A stretch of DNA of 64,000 nt, from NCBI GenBank assembly GCA_951406725.2, contig OX597826.1, forward strand, positions 26,660,001-26,724,000, in the 5' to 3' direction. The DNA is from Octopus vulgaris. Lineage: Eukaryota. This document shows, one piece after another, positions 1 through 13,983 of this stretch. The notes beneath the pieces were generated by a model. It made no database searches. It was not told where the DNA came from and saw only the letters and a list, made by a program, of their open reading frames with translations. The first letter of the stretch is position 1. Each line of letters starts with the position of its first letter. Made by a program: the position numbers and the translations under genes.

Positions 1-159
1 AGAAAACGCGAGAAAGGACGAGATGTAAGTAAAAGCAAAACTGGGAATGGGAAAGAATAAATACAAGAACAAGAAAACAGCAAATTAAGTGTTACGTCCC
101 TTTGCCCGTTCAAATCAGAATAAACAAGTTTGGCGTAAATTATTCAATTTATATAAAAA

Positions 160-282
160 TACGACGGATTTCCAAACAATTTCCGTCAACCAAATTCAGC
201 CATAAGACATTCGTTGATTGAGTAGTATATTAGAAGACACTGGCCCAAGGTGGTATTTAGTAGTAGTGAACTCGAAACCACG
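160..282 (-). mobile_element. Degenerate 5' half of tRNA-derived SINE family A
   Basis: Reverse complement resembles the 2079-2242 head (..agaagacactggcccaagg.. and ..ttccgtc..). Confidence 0.55.
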
Positions 283-315
283 GAGATTTGTTTCGTACTT
301 TTGGCTATCATATCG

Positions 316-737
316 GTTTTAAATTTTGGTACAAATTTCGGGGGAAATCATAAGTGGATCACATGGACACCAGTGTTCAACTGGTACTGGTTTTACCGAC
401 TTCGAAAGGATGAAAGGCAAAGATGACTATGATGGAATTTGAACTTAGAATGTAAGGTCGGGCTAAACGCCGCTAACCGCCTTCTCCCTGCGTGGTAACG
501 ATTCTGTTAGTTCGCCGCATTTTTTTCCGGCTATCATGCCGGTTTCAAATTTTGGTACAATGGAAACCGTGCCGAGTGTAGGTGGTAAGGCGGCTGCATG
601 GATCTAAGTGCTCAACTCTGAAAGGATGAAAGACAAAGACGACCCTCAGTGGAATTTGACTTCAGAACGTAAAGAAGTACGAGATGCCGCTAATCATTCT
701 GCCCGGTGTGCTAACCATTCTGCCAGCTTGCCGCCCA
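316..737 (-). mobile_element. Two tandem degenerate copies of SINE family B
   Basis: Two units with gaaggatgaaaggcaaag...ggaatttgaac...gaacgta...gctaac, the reverse complement of the 28224 copy. Confidence 0.7.
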
Positions 738-1339
738 GCTTTCGGCTATCATATTGACGTACGCTTTTTGTTACAGGGCTTTCAGAATATAACTAAGAAT
801 ATAACTGATTTGAGACATTTAGAGAAGGAGAACTGAATTTCTAGTTTCTGAAATGTTATTTTTCCGAATGAACTTGATTCCCAATATTACGAAAAATAAA
901 CAAACAAATAAATGAGAGAAAAAGAAAGAAGAAATGGGAAAAAAGACACATCTTAATCCCAGCTCAATTTGTCTTTGTTTTATATTTCTTTATTTAATTT
1001 ATTTTTATTTCCATCTCTATATCAGGAAGATAGAGGTTATCTATCAAATTTGCTGCAGGCTTTTACTATCAACGTCTCCCTTAATGATTTGGAGTATAAT
1101 ATTTTCCTCCATTAGATCAATATTAACCCTGAAGGTCACATATGTTCAAGACGACATTAAACTATCTTTTACTTGACAATGCACAAACACACATACACTG
1201 ATATACAAAGGAACATCACATTATGCATATACATACATACACACATATACGTATGTATGTATATATTATGTATTTATACATATACATCTGTATTAGTATA
1301 TCTATCATAAATGTATATGTATATATGATACACATTCAC

Positions 1340-1391
<52 letters not shown>

Positions 1392-1498
1392 GTCTACAGT
1401 ATTTCAACAAAAATATTCAACTCTAGATGGAATTATATATATTGTTTATCTGTGTTTCCAGTATCTCAATTTATTTTCATTTCTTTCTTCTTATCGTT

Positions 1499-1634
1499 GT
1501 TCCTGTTGCTGCTGCAGTTGCTGCGATTGTTGTTGTTGTTGTTGTTCTTCTTCTTCTTCTTCTTCTTCTTCTTCTTCTTCTTCTTCTTCTTCTTCTTCTT
1601 CTTCTTCTTCTTCTTCTTCTTCTTCTTCTTCTTC
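1499..1634. repeat. Compound (GTT)/(CTT)n trinucleotide microsatellite
   Basis: Directly visible; explains the poly-L, poly-F and poly-R ORFs. Confidence 0.95.
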
Positions 1635-2046
1635 CAGTACCTGTTCTTGTCAATGTTTTTGCCTCAGCTTTTCGCAAATGATTTTACGTTTGGTTTCTGA
1701 AGTCATTTTTTAAACTTCATCATTCAATTTCTTCCTGCGATCTAATTTTGGTTGGCATCTTCTCATTTCAGCATTTCTGCAAAACTATTACCATTTCTTT
1801 TCATCGTTCTATAATGTCTTGATATTTACTGTAGACCGTTCGTCGAGACACCAGCAGTCAAACAATATCACAATAAATAGTTACTTCCTTGTACTGTATG
1901 CTAACTTTTATCTAATCACGTAACAAACAGCAGTTAATCAGTAAAGACTAAAAAAAAGAGTAATTAATGTGTGACATCACTAACCGATTACATATTTCCT
2001 TCTTTTTGTGTGTGTGTATGTGTGTATGTGTGTGCACATATATATA

Positions 2047-2078
<32 letters not shown>

Positions 2079-2473
2079 GGCGTAGGAGTGGCTGTGTGGT
2101 AAGTAGCTTGCTTACGAACCACATGGTTCTGGGTTCAGTCCCACTGCGTGGCATCTTGGGCAATTGTCTTCTACTATAGCCTCGGGCCGACCAAAGCCTT
2201 GTGAGTGGATTTGGTAGACGGAAACTGAAAGAAGCCCGTCGTATATATGTATATATATGTATGTGTGTGTGTGTTTGTGTGTCTGTGTTTGTTTTCCCAA
2301 CATTGCTTGACAACCGATGCTGGTGTGTTTACGTCCCCGTCACTTAGCGGTTCGGCAAAAGATCCCGATAGAATAAGTACTAGGCTTACAAAGAATAAGT
2401 CCTGGGATCGATTTGCTCGACTAAAGGCGGTGCTCCAGCATGGCCACAGTCAAATGACTGAAACAAGTAAAAA
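2079..2473 (+). mobile_element. Full-length tRNA-derived SINE family A with internal (TA)/(TG) microsatellite and LINE-like tail
   Basis: A-box-like tggctgtgtggtaag and B-box-like ggttcagtccc; conserved body; 3' end aggcggtgctccagcatggccacagtcaaatgactgaaacaagtaaa; flanked by (TA)n; repeated more than 10 times in the window. Confidence 0.9.
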
Positions 2474-2475
2474 CA

Positions 2476-2520
<45 letters not shown>

Positions 2521-2746
2521 AAATAAGAAAATGGAGAAATACATCGAAATCAAATATCAATTACCAGATAATACTCAATCACATACTTTATTAAGCCACC
2601 ACATAAGAAAGTATAAGGTTAAACATAATAATGTAGAACAAAACAGTGTACATAAAGGAGTGTACATAAAAGAGTAATGTTATACAATAAGTAGAATATG
2701 TATAAGGGAATGTAAATATAAGTACATATAAATATAAATATAGACT

Positions 2747-2877
2747 ACATCTTACAGCTGTTTCGGCCATGTAGATAAGTATGTCTCATTTTACTTATAT
2801 TAGCCATTTATGGTAGGTCAATATGTAGTTATAAATGAGACATTTACAAAATTATCCTAAGGCCTCTTCGGAGATAT
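2747..2877 (-). ncRNA. Degenerate type-I hammerhead ribozyme motif with long stem II, in a TA-adjacent element (~2517-2879)
   Basis: Minus strand: atatct-CCGAAGA-ggcc...ggcc-GAAA-cagct-GTA-agatgt. Stem I atatct/agatgt; palindromic stem III ACAGCTGT; U4 changed to C. Confidence 0.6.
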
Positions 2878-3219
2878 TTGAGCTCAGAAAATGTAACGGA
2901 AATGAATGCCGCAATCATTTTCTCCGGCGCGACAACAATTCTGCAAGCACGGTGCCTTACATGCTTCAAATATATAAAATGAACTAAGAGAAATAGGATT
3001 CAAATGAGTCAGTCGCCTTGAATTTGTTTATTATTAAATATTTATATTATATTTTGTTAATTGAGGATTATAACCTCATTATGGTTCAGTGTAAAGTATT
3101 TATTATGTAACAATATGTAAAATAACTTCGCATTGATTGGCTTATACTATTTCAAGTTGATAATTTCAATGCAGAATAGATGAGATATGACGCAACCCGT
3201 ACACACACACGCACACACA

Positions 3220-3260
<41 letters not shown>

Positions 3261-3839
3261 ACACACACACACACATATATATACTTAAAATTTGGGATAT
3301 ATATTCTGTAAATACTTCCGTCTAGCAATCTCATAGAAACATTTTGTCGTATAAATACAGGTAGAACTAATTCCATACCTAGTTTTATGATATTAATTAA
3401 ATAAATGAGTTAAAAACCGGGTTTAAAACGGACAATTGAGAATAACGTTAAAGTTAGTTTCTGTGTGAATTGTTCTAAAGACTTATTAATTATAGCATCA
3501 CCGAGTTTATTGTTAGTAATAATTAGTATTAATTTTATTGATGCAATGTAATTTTATTTTATCATTATATCAAGTTTAAATTTTCATGTATGTGATTTAA
3601 TTGAGCGTCGTTCCATTAGATTAGTATTTACGTACGTAATACTGTTATGGCGTTAAATTGGGTGTGAAGTGAATATGTAATTGGCAAATGCGTAATGATG
3701 CTTCGTGAAGTGCTTCTATAGGTTTTATTTTACTCGTTTATATAAACATTAACGTAATGCAGAAGCGTTTAGTTAAGCCATGTGTAGATTATACAAATTC
3801 GATATGATCTTTAGGATATGGTATATCGATGAAAATACT

Positions 3840-4178
3840 ATTTTCTACTCTTGGCCAAAGGGCCGAAATTTTAAAGGAAGGGGGCTGTCGATTAGATAGA
3901 TTCCAGTATGCATCTGGTACAGAATTTATCGACTACGAAAGGATGAAAAGCAAAGTTGACCTTGACGGAATTTGAACTCAGAATATAAAGACAGACGAAA
4001 TACCTATTTTTTACTACCCACAAGGGGCTAAACACAGAGAGGACAAACAAGAACAGACAAACGGATTAAGTCGATTATATCGACCCCAGTGCGTAACTGG
4101 TACTTCTTTAATCGACCCCGAAAGGATGAAAGGCAAAGTCGACCTTGGCGGAATTTGAACTCAGAACGTTACGGCAGG
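3840..4178 (-). mobile_element. SINE family B, internally duplicated copy
   Basis: Two gaaaggatgaaaggcaaagtcgacc..ggcggaatttgaactcagaa units in series. Confidence 0.85.
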
Positions 4179-4706
4179 TATTTCGTCTGCTTTTACCTTC
4201 TGAGTTAAAATTCCGCCGAGGTAGATTTTGCCTTTCATTCGATTAAATAAGTACCAGTTACGCGCTGGGGTCGATCTAATCGCCTTAATCACTTTTCCTG
4301 TTCTTGTTTGTCTCTTCTATGTTTAGCCCCCTGTCGGCAATACAGAAATAAACATTTTAAGTCTGTAAGACGGTGAGCTGGCAGAAACGTTAGCACGCCG
4401 GGCGAAATGCATAGCCGTATTTCGTCTGCTGCTACGTTCTGAGTCCAAATTCCGCCGAGGTCGACTTTGCCTTTCATCCTTTCGGGGTCGATAAATTAAG
4501 TCCCAGTTACACACTGAGGTCGATAAAATCGACTTAATCCGTTAGTCTGTCCTCATTTGTCCCCTCTGTGTTTAGCCCCTTGGGGGTAGTGAAGAAATAA
4601 GTATTTCGACTGCTGTTACGTTCTGAGTTCAGATTCTGTCGAGGCTGACTTTGCCTTTCATCCTTTCGGGGTCGATTAAATAAGTAGCAGTTACTTACTG
4701 GAGTCG
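4177..4706 (+). mobile_element. SINE family B, multimeric copies inverted relative to 3840-4178
   Basis: Three gtatttcgtctg...ttctgagt..aattccgccgaggtcgactttgcctttcatcctttcggggtcgat units; head aagacggtgagctggcagaaacgttagcacg at ~4367. Confidence 0.85.
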
Positions 4707-5899
4707 GTCCTTGTTTCTCCTCTCATGCATAAGGAATGAAACTAAGAGGAGGTATGGCTCCTCAAATACACCAAACCATGTGATGAACTATTCCTTACTG
4801 TATCGAGCTCGAAATGATAAAAGGCAAACTCGACCTCAATTGGATTTGAAATCTGAATCTAACGAAGTGGAAGATATATGACTACGCATCTTTTCCAGTG
4901 CGGAAGAGATTCAGGCGACTCGATACCTTCACTCAGTTTAAATATTGGTTTCCAATTCAGGCACAAGGCCAGCAAGTTCGAAGGAGGGCCTACGTCGATT
5001 ACATCGACCCCAGTGATCAACTATTACTTATTTTATCTATTGAAACTTGGGAGGTCTATTATGCCGGTAATAATAAGGACACGCAGTGCGTGTGTTTATT
5101 ATTACCCGAATAATGCCCCTCCCAAAGCTCAATAGTATTTCTTGCAACACATCAAGAATAAGAATCTTGCAAACCAAATACAAATACTAACTATATATAT
5201 ATATATATACGTACAAACACATTATATAAAGATATTCTTCACCTTATGTTACGAAGGTTTCCATAGAATGGTTATATATTTCCTCAATGATGTATTGCAT
5301 CATATAATTTACATAACCAGATCATTTCATTAGACATCTATGTGAAACTGACTGATGTATTGCGTTGCAGATCATCGTTATGATGAAATACATTCTTTAG
5401 CAAATAAAGAAACATTCAACTGAATGGTTCGTAACCCAATGTTAACAATGTTGCAATTTGTATTCTTCTACGATATATTTTACACTGTGAAAACTTATCA
5501 GGGTAGTTACGTACAATGGATTTACAGTGTGTTTCATGTCATAAATTAACTAGTAAATATTGGCTTGTTTCTTTCCTCGATTATTCTTCCGAATCTCTTT
5601 TGGCCAATTTTAGTCCGGCGTGACTTATCTGGATTGTTTAAGTACCTACTACTTGACATACATACTTACATATATACATACACACACATACATAAATTCA
5701 TTCATCATCCATCCATCCATCCTTTTATACATACATATATGTTTATATATATGTTTATGTGTGTGTGCGCGCGTGTGTCTGTGTGTATATTTGTGCGTGT
5801 GTTTATGTATGTACATGTATCCGTAACCGATATTCAGCCTACCAGAGATACTATCAGCCACTACGTTTATCGACATTTCAGCCCTTCTTATATCACCCT

Positions 5900-5907
5900 C
5901 CATCTGT

Positions 5908-5943
<36 letters not shown>

Positions 5944-6029
5944 CCATCCATCCATCCATCCATCCATCCCTTCCTCCATCCATCCATCCATCCATCCATC
6001 CATCCATCCCTTCCTCCACCCATCCATCT
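5900..6029. repeat. (CCAT)n tetranucleotide microsatellite
   Basis: Directly visible; source of the HPSI and GWMD ORFs. Confidence 0.95.
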
Positions 6030-6928
6030 ATCGAATCATACTTTATCCGTCTCCTCCTACAAACAGACAAACAGACAGACAACTAATCTCTCCATTTTTG
6101 CCACGGACCAGCCAGCAAGCCAGCCATCTAGCCAGCCAACCTGACACCAGCCAGCCTGCCTGCCAGTTAGCCAACCAGCCAGTCCAGATAAAGTCTACCA
6201 TAACAAGACAGTCGTTCGGAATGTAAGATGTTGCAAGCGAGGTTTAGGGTAGGTTCGGTAAGCGAAGACGAACGAAGCAAATTACAGCTGCTCAGCATTA
6301 CTTGTCAAAATCCAAATGAACTTTTGGACTGCATTCTTCAGTCAATTTAACGTTTCTTCGTAGGGAATACATTACAAAATATATTTACCCCCGCAAGAAA
6401 AATAAGTACATTTCGCTTTTCGAAGGTTCTTTATTATTTTGTTTTTAAATGTCTATTCTTCTCATTTTATTTATTTATTTATTTTGGGTGTTTTTTTGTT
6501 TGTTCTCAAATGTTTTGTTATATTTTATTTTTGTTTTGTTGTTGTATCTTAGTTTACTTTCATGATTGGCGTTGGAAGAGTGAGATGAGGGACGATGATG
6601 AGTAGATTACGATGGTAGATGTAGATGAGGAAGGAGGTGAAGAGGAGGGAGTGAGAGTTAATATAGCGATATGTGTGCGTATATATATATATATATATGC
6701 ATGTATGTTGTATGTATGTATACGCGCACGTATATACTGTTGAATACTTACACATTCACACATAGACATACACATACTCATATTTAATATATACATAACT
6801 ACATGTATATACACACATATGCGTGTGTGTGTGTATGTATACGCTCACGCACGTTCACACACGTAGTGTCTATGTATATTATCTATTCTGCAAGTTTATA
6901 AACGTATATTAATTCCCTGTATATACGA

Positions 6929-6979
<51 letters not shown>

Positions 6980-6990
6980 TATTTGCATAC

Positions 6991-7024
<34 letters not shown>

Positions 7025-7161
7025 GTATATATATATATATATATTTCATTGCGACACAAACACTCTCTCTCTCTCTCTCTCTCTATTTATCTGTCGCTCT
7101 TTCAATATATATAGGTGTTTGTGTGTGTGTGTTGCGTGTGTGTTTAAATAATTATATTGTA

Positions 7162-7207
<46 letters not shown>

Positions 7208-7849
7208 CCTCTCTCTATATATATATGTATATATATATATATACATATACATGCATACGCATGCTTGCATCACGCACATACTCACACACACATACGAGCA
7301 CACAGATACACACGTGTACACACACGCACACACACATACAGATGCACACACACATACACACACACACACACACACATATATATGTACATATATATATATA
7401 TATTTATATTTATATACATACATACACAAGTGAAAGAGAGTCGGTAGACAGTGGGAGATGGAAGGTGTTTGGAGCGGGAAAAGATTTCTCGGATGGAGTT
7501 GATGTCAAAATATCGAGTTGTTGGTTGGTGGGAGTGATGGATGGAAACACGTTACTTCCAAAGCAAAGTGTAAATTATAGAATATTATTATACAAGTGAG
7601 AGTTAATATTATTATTGATTCCTGTCGGTGAGGCAGAAAGCCAATTTCTTTCTTTGTATTTGGTTCGTGGTTTCTACTGGAAGATATTTATAATCGATTG
7701 AATCGACCACAAAATATTACTGGTATAAGCTTTATTCTAGAAGAATCAGCGAAACTGATAGGTTTAAAATACTGAAAGCCAAATAAGGTTCAGAAGGATT
7801 TCTTCTGCGAATTTTCCTTAGTGAAGTAAAAAGTTGGAAAATATCTACT

Positions 7850-8007
7850 GCGCGTGGCTGTGTGGTAAGAAGTTTGCTGCTGCACCACATGTTTCCGGGT
7901 TCAGTCTTGTTGGGTGGTACTTTGGACAAGTATCTTCTACTACAGTCCCGTGGCAACCAAAGCTTTGTGTGTGGATTTGGTAGACGGAAACTGAAAAAAG
8001 CCCGTCC
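7850..8007 (+). mobile_element. SINE family A, 5' half
   Basis: gtggctgtgtggtaagaagtttgc...ggatttggtagacggaaactgaaaaaagcccgtc. Confidence 0.85.
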
Positions 8008-8364
8008 TATATCTATCTATCTATCTATCTTCCTTCAAACGGGAAGGAATAGCTATTTTTATCATACTTGTGGCTATGGCGAAAGAATGTATCTGGTGGA
8101 CGCGCCTGAAAGGATTAGAGACAAACACTTTCCTCTCTGGTCAATCTCTCATCAACTTCTTCAAGTATCACTTGAAGAGGAAAGTGAGAGTAGAGAGGCA
8201 AGTTTTGTCTAGTGAATGTTTTAAAAAAAAGATGGGTGAATGTAGCAAGGATGGCACGTATGAATGACGAAGCCACCTTGACTATGATTCTATGAACCAT
8301 AAAAATTAATACAGAGAGTTGCTTATTTGCAAAAAAAAAAAAAAGAAATATAACATGTGACTTC

Positions 8365-8898
<534 letters not shown>

Positions 8899-8930
8899 TT
8901 TATTTTAAGCAGCAGAAAATTCAACAAAAT

Positions 8931-8968
8931 CTGTTACTCTGAGTTTCTCGTTGCCGTTCATCAGACAG
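8931..8968 (-). ncRNA. Minimal type-I hammerhead motif (inverted copy)
   Basis: ctgt-CTGATGA-acggcaacga-GAAA-ctcaga-GTA-acag. Confidence 0.7.
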
Positions 8969-8997
8969 TTTTTGCTAGAAAAAACTGCTAGCAAAAA

Positions 8998-9035
8998 CTG
9001 TCTGATGAACGGCAACGAGAAACTCAAAGTAACAG
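8998..9035 (+). ncRNA. Minimal type-I hammerhead motif
   Basis: ctgt-CTGATGA-a cg gcaa cg a-GAAA-ctcaaa-GTA-acag; stem I ctgt/acag; stem II closed by a GCAA tetraloop. Confidence 0.7.
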
Positions 9036-9136
9036 ATTTTGTTGAATTTTCTGCTGCTTAAAATAAACATATTACTCTACCACTGGTATTTGAGTACTCT
9101 TTTTTCCACCTTGTTTCACATTTATGTGTTTACTCC

Positions 9137-9176
<40 letters not shown>

Positions 9177-9177
<1 letters not shown>

Positions 9178-9410
9178 GTGTGTGTTTGTGCGTCTGTGTG
9201 TCTGAGTTTGTCCCCACCACCGATTGACAACCGGTGTTATGCTTATTTTTCCTTGTAACTTAGCTGTCCGTTAAAAGAACTGATGGAATAAGTACCAGGC
9301 TCTCAAAACGTAAGTGCCGAGGTCGAGTCATTCGAGTAAAAAATCTTTAAGGTGACGCCCCAGCATGACCGCTGTCTATTGATTGAAACAAGTGAAAGAT
9401 AAAAAAGAAA
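9177..9410 (+). mobile_element. SINE family A, 3' half
   Basis: ..ttgacaaccggtgtt..aataagtaccaggct..aaggtgacgccccagcatgacc..tgaaacaagtgaaag. Confidence 0.75.
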
Positions 9411-10167
9411 AATGGCTGATAATTATTCTAGGCGCAGTCAGTCGTAGCTGTGTGGTTAAGAGGTTAACTTTGCGAACACGTTGTGTCAGGTTCAATTCCA
9501 CTGCAGTAGATAAAATAAAGTACCAGTTCACTAATTGGGTGGGCGGAGCCATATATCTTTGATTATTCCCCGAAGACCCCGCCCTTGAAACATGTGACTT
9601 TATAACCAGTGCACAGCTGAGAAACTTAAATTAAATGTTCCTAATGTGTTGTGAACTCTAAAACTATAATGATTCCAAGTATAGCGAAACATGTGACAGC
9701 CAATGTGCGATGAGTTGGCCGTCGGACAAAATGCGTAACGTCATTTTTTCCGGCTTTTCGTTCTGTGCCCAGTTGAGGACGAGTTTTCCTTTTATTTTCA
9801 CTCATGATCCTTAAAATAAAGCAGCTGCAAATAACAGGACCAATATAATCTACTTGCCGCTTCCTCTCAAATATACTGGGTCTTGGACCCTGCAACAAAC
9901 CGCCATCTCGTTCAGATGCATATTGTGAAGTCAGTTACTTGTGCGCCATGTAAATTGGTTATGAATACTCGACTTCAAAATAATACTAATACTACTACTA
10001 CTAATAATAATAATGATAAATAAAATTAAAAAATCACATTATTTAGTGTGCAAAAATATGGTAAGATATAATTGAGATTAATTTAAAAGTCAATTACTCA
10101 TTGGGAAAGTGTGTAGGCCGGCATGAATCGAATTATACATGTGTTAATGACACGGATCCATCATATC

Positions 10168-10182
10168 AATAATAATAATAAC

Positions 10183-10224
<42 letters not shown>

Positions 10225-10301
10225 GATGATAATGATGATAATGATGATGATAATGATGATGATGATTATAATAATAATAACACTGATGATGATACTAATA
10301 T

Positions 10302-10374
<73 letters not shown>

Positions 10375-10387
10375 GATGATGATAATA
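10168..10387. repeat. Compound (AAT)/(GAT)/(ACT)n microsatellite
   Basis: Directly visible. Confidence 0.95.
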
Positions 10388-11988
10388 AGCACTATGGCAC
10401 CATTCCTTTTCCGAAAAGAACTGCGTGCTTAAAGATAGTCGGTAGGGGAAGGATGAGACTGCAAAAATATCGACTGAAAGGAGCATGCGTTAATGGAAAA
10501 AAAAGGGTATCCGGTTTCGGTGAAAAGGAAAGAAATATCATTATCAATAGGCAAAACTTTTGAAAGCGATAACTTGTCTTCCACGATTTAACGCGGCTAT
10601 TAAGTATAGTAAAAGATGGATATATTATTAAAGGTAGGTAACATAACGTAAATCAACTTTTACTTCACGGTTGACTTGTAAAATGTTTGCGGAGAATGGA
10701 GATGAGATAACGTGTTTAGTAGAAACAGTACATTGTTTTAGGGAAGGTATTGGTGGGTGGGAATTACGATTAAAAGATGGATGTAGTTTAAGTAATGTAA
10801 AAAGAAAAGATAGCGTAATGTATTGGACTACAAGAACAAGATAAGAAAACCATAAAACAAATAGGAAGGGTTTCAATATGGCGTAGAGCGAAGAAAGATA
10901 AGATAAATGAAAATAATATGAAGTCACTTTTTAAGAAAGAAATACTTCAGAAGATAAAGTTAATATTTTCATTAAATGAGACTGAGAGCATTAACATGTA
11001 CCGCCTTGTTAGAGTTGACGCTAAGTCTCAAGCATATCACGATCCACCAAATATATGATCAAAATAAATCCAACAATGACCACCACATTTGGTTCACAAT
11101 ATATGTATAGAAGTTTATTCATTTATGTATTTCTTTAGTTATTGTTATTGTAATTGAAACGCATAGCAGGCAAACCATTTGAAAAATGTGCATTATACAC
11201 GTGTCCTAATGGTTTTAATAATTTATTTCAGAACAAAGTTGAAACCAGTTTGATAAGTGCTAACGCACGAGATTCTTGGCACTTGACTCACTCTGAAACT
11301 TCTGCCGACGTTGATGATGCCGATATACGCATATGCATATGTTTAAGTGTGTGCGTGCGCGTCTATATATATGCATGTATTTATACATTTACATGAGTAC
11401 GTATTTATAGCAACGTTCTCTAATGCATCTTCTTTTATAAAATGCTAACATGTTAAGGCATGATCTGGGCGAGATATTGAATCCTTTGTAGATTCAACGA
11501 TCATTTAAAGGCATTCACTTTACAGGAATATTTCTTTTGAGGCAAAGTTTTCTAATAATCCTAATGTGATTACAGAAGGCAAATACAAGCTAAGACGTCG
11601 AATAATTCGAAATGTAAACCCCGCAGGTGAACATTTGATACTAACTAGAAGGAAGGGTTATTGGAGCTGAAAATAGACATGAAACTTATGGCTATAGACA
11701 TATGTGATGGGCAAAATATATAAAAGATATACCTGCAAACTAAGACGAAGCAGAGTTCTTTGCGCGCATGTGCAACGCTTAAGTAAAGTTTAGATAACAT
11801 TTCGCTATTTTCCAATACATTCCAAAAACAGTCTGTAGAATCAGTTGCCAACATGATTAATGTCTCGCCCATTTGATAGGTAAGAACAGTCAGTAAGTTA
11901 TATCAGAATGAATATAATATAAGGCAAGAAAGTGTAGCAGAGATTGACCGATTAGAATTTTTGTAGGAAATATATATTGAGAAAGTTA

Positions 11989-12202
11989 CGAGGTGAGTGC
12001 TGAAAGTTTCCTGGCTTTGGGTAAAAGAAAATACAAGAGGATGAATTAATTACGATTTTATTCAACATATTCCACTCTCAGATTCACACACTGCAGCGGT
12101 CCTTCAGTTTTTCTAAGCTCTGTAAAAGAACTCGAAAGGTTGGGCCTCCAACCAGGTCTTTCGCGATACCTTTAAAGTCACGAAATTTTCAGTACTCCCT
12201 CA
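11989..12202. mobile_element. Tc1/mariner-type MITE
   Basis: TIRs ta|cgaggtgagtgctgaaagtttcctggcttt ... aaagtcacgaaattttcagtactccctca|ta; TA on both sides; second copy at 12435. Confidence 0.75.
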
Positions 12203-12227
12203 TATATATATATATATATATATATAT

Positions 12228-12395
12228 TAGCCATGATAGATCGGTAGCCACTACACATATTTTTTTCTCTCCTTGTTTCTTTCTGTGTTCCTTTCTGTCG
12301 AAGAGCGTAGGCTCGAAATGTTAAAGACTTTTTCAATTCCCGAGCGTTATACTAATACACTACTTGTCTTCATCTTTTGTTTTTTCGTGAATTAT

Positions 12396-12400
<5 letters not shown>
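12228..12400 (+). mobile_element. Short TA-flanked element with variant hammerhead motif (12291-12326)
   Basis: cttt-CTGTCGA-a-gagc gtag gctc-GAAA-t-GTT-aaag; homologous to 35568-35720 (inverted). Confidence 0.65.
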
Positions 12401-12434
<34 letters not shown>

Positions 12435-12435
<1 letters not shown>

Positions 12436-12651
12436 GAGTAGCTGCTGAAAAGTTCCTGGCTCTGGGTAAAATAAAACACACGATGACCAGTTAATTATGA
12501 TTTTATTCAACGTATGCCCCTCTCTGATTCACACATTTATTGCTGCTGTCCTTCCATTTATGCTGAGCCCTGTAAGATAACTCGAAGGTTAGGACTCCAG
12601 CCAGGCCTTTCACGACACCCTTAAAGCCAGGAACTTTTCAGCACCACCTCC
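12435..12651. mobile_element. Tc1/mariner-type MITE, second copy
   Basis: TIRs cgagtagctgctgaaaagttcctggct ... aaagccaggaacttttcagcaccacctcc|ta; body homologous to 11989-12202. Confidence 0.75.
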
Positions 12652-12798
12652 TATATGTGTTGTGATGATATGTGGTATGGAATTTAAAACGAGGCACAGG
12701 ACTCGACAAAGACAGACGTTGTGTTGGAATATCGTTCAACTAATAAAATATCTTACTATCGAATCGCACTCTTCGTCTTGATTATTATTATTATTATT

Positions 12799-13354
12799 GA
12801 GTGAGAGAGCAGTTCATGCCATCAAAGTGACACTGGGGTAAAATATACGAAGCCCAATATACCCATCATGACTACCCGTCTGATAAAGGTACACCAGGCA
12901 CATGCATCACAACCATATTTGCGCGACATGGTGATCTCATATCAAGATAAACAGCACATGACCTTGCAGGTGGGGCCCAGTTAGAATTTTCTTCAGGTTG
13001 AGTAGCCCATCCTGCTCAAAAGGTCCCTGAATAAGGGTTGCTTTAGGATGTTGAACGAAACACCTATGTTTCCAGAGGTGAACCATTCAAACTCCAAAGA
13101 ATCCCTCTCAACACATGGCCATGATGCTCCCCCACTACTTCTGCTCGTGATCAGAGATGCACATATCGTCAGCCACTAAGGGACATGCTCAACTGGTTAA
13201 GGTCAAACTATTGACAAGCAAATCTGTGGTATTGAGCAGAATATTTGCTGTAGCCCATCTTTTATACCAAGACAAAACAATGTACATGATAACACTTCCA
13301 ATCAGTCAAGATCAGAAGCCATGAGAGCCACTGCCTGGTACTGCATCAGGGCAT
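12799..13354. mobile_element. ~555-bp non-coding interspersed repeat embedded in (ATT)n
   Basis: (ATT)n on both sides; diverged second copy at 13423-13942. Confidence 0.8.
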
Positions 13355-13372
13355 TTATTATTATTATTATTA

Positions 13373-13422
<50 letters not shown>

Positions 13423-13942
13423 GCGTAAGAACGCAGCGCATGGCACCAAAGCAACACTGGGGTTGCAATATACGAAGCCCAAACTACCCATCGTTACTAC
13501 CCGTCTGTTAGGGTTACACCAGGCACCTGTATGACGACCATATGTGTGCGACATGGTCATCTTATATCAAAATAAGCAGCACATTAGGTTGTGCCTCTGC
13601 TAGAATGTTCTTCACGTCGAGTAGCCCATCTCGCTGAAAAGGTCCCTAAAAAAGGTTTGTTTAACGATGATGAACGAAGGAACCATGTCTCAAGAAGTGA
13701 ATTATTCAATTCCCAAAGAATTCCTCTCAACATATGGCTATTAAGCTCCCTTTCTTTCTTCTGTTCGTGTTCAGAGATGCATATATCGTCAGCCACTAAG
13801 AAACTTGTCGTACTAGTTGAGGTCAAGCAACTGACAAGCAAATTTGTGGTGTTGAGCAGAGTATTTACTGTAGCACATTTTTATCTACAAGACAAAACAT
13901 GTAAAAGCCATAAGAGTCACTGCCTGGTCATGCATCAAGGAC
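13423..13942. mobile_element. Older copy of the same ~550-bp repeat
   Basis: Collinear homology to 12799-13354 (e.g. aatatacgaagccca, cagagatgca.atatcgtcagccactaag, agagtcactgcctgg). Confidence 0.8.
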
Positions 13943-13983
13943 CTTTCTTCTATCTTTCTGTCTTTCGTTCGTTCTCTTTTTTC

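Noticed and set aside
2079-2150. tRNA-like heads here and at 25612, 62561 and 63644 as tRNA genes
   Set aside because: They have A/B boxes but no complete cloverleaf, and they continue into repeated SINE bodies.
6227-6349. 40-codon ORF (MLQARF...) and an overlapping minus-strand CTGAAGA...GAGCAGCTGTA hammerhead-like string
   Set aside because: The ORF is short and unsupported; the GAAA motif is absent and stem I does not register.
11645-11886. 75-aa minus ORF and a strong plus-strand donor (ag|gtaaga at ~11878)
   Set aside because: No acceptor for the minus ORF, all plus frames are closed shortly upstream, and no motif is recognisable.
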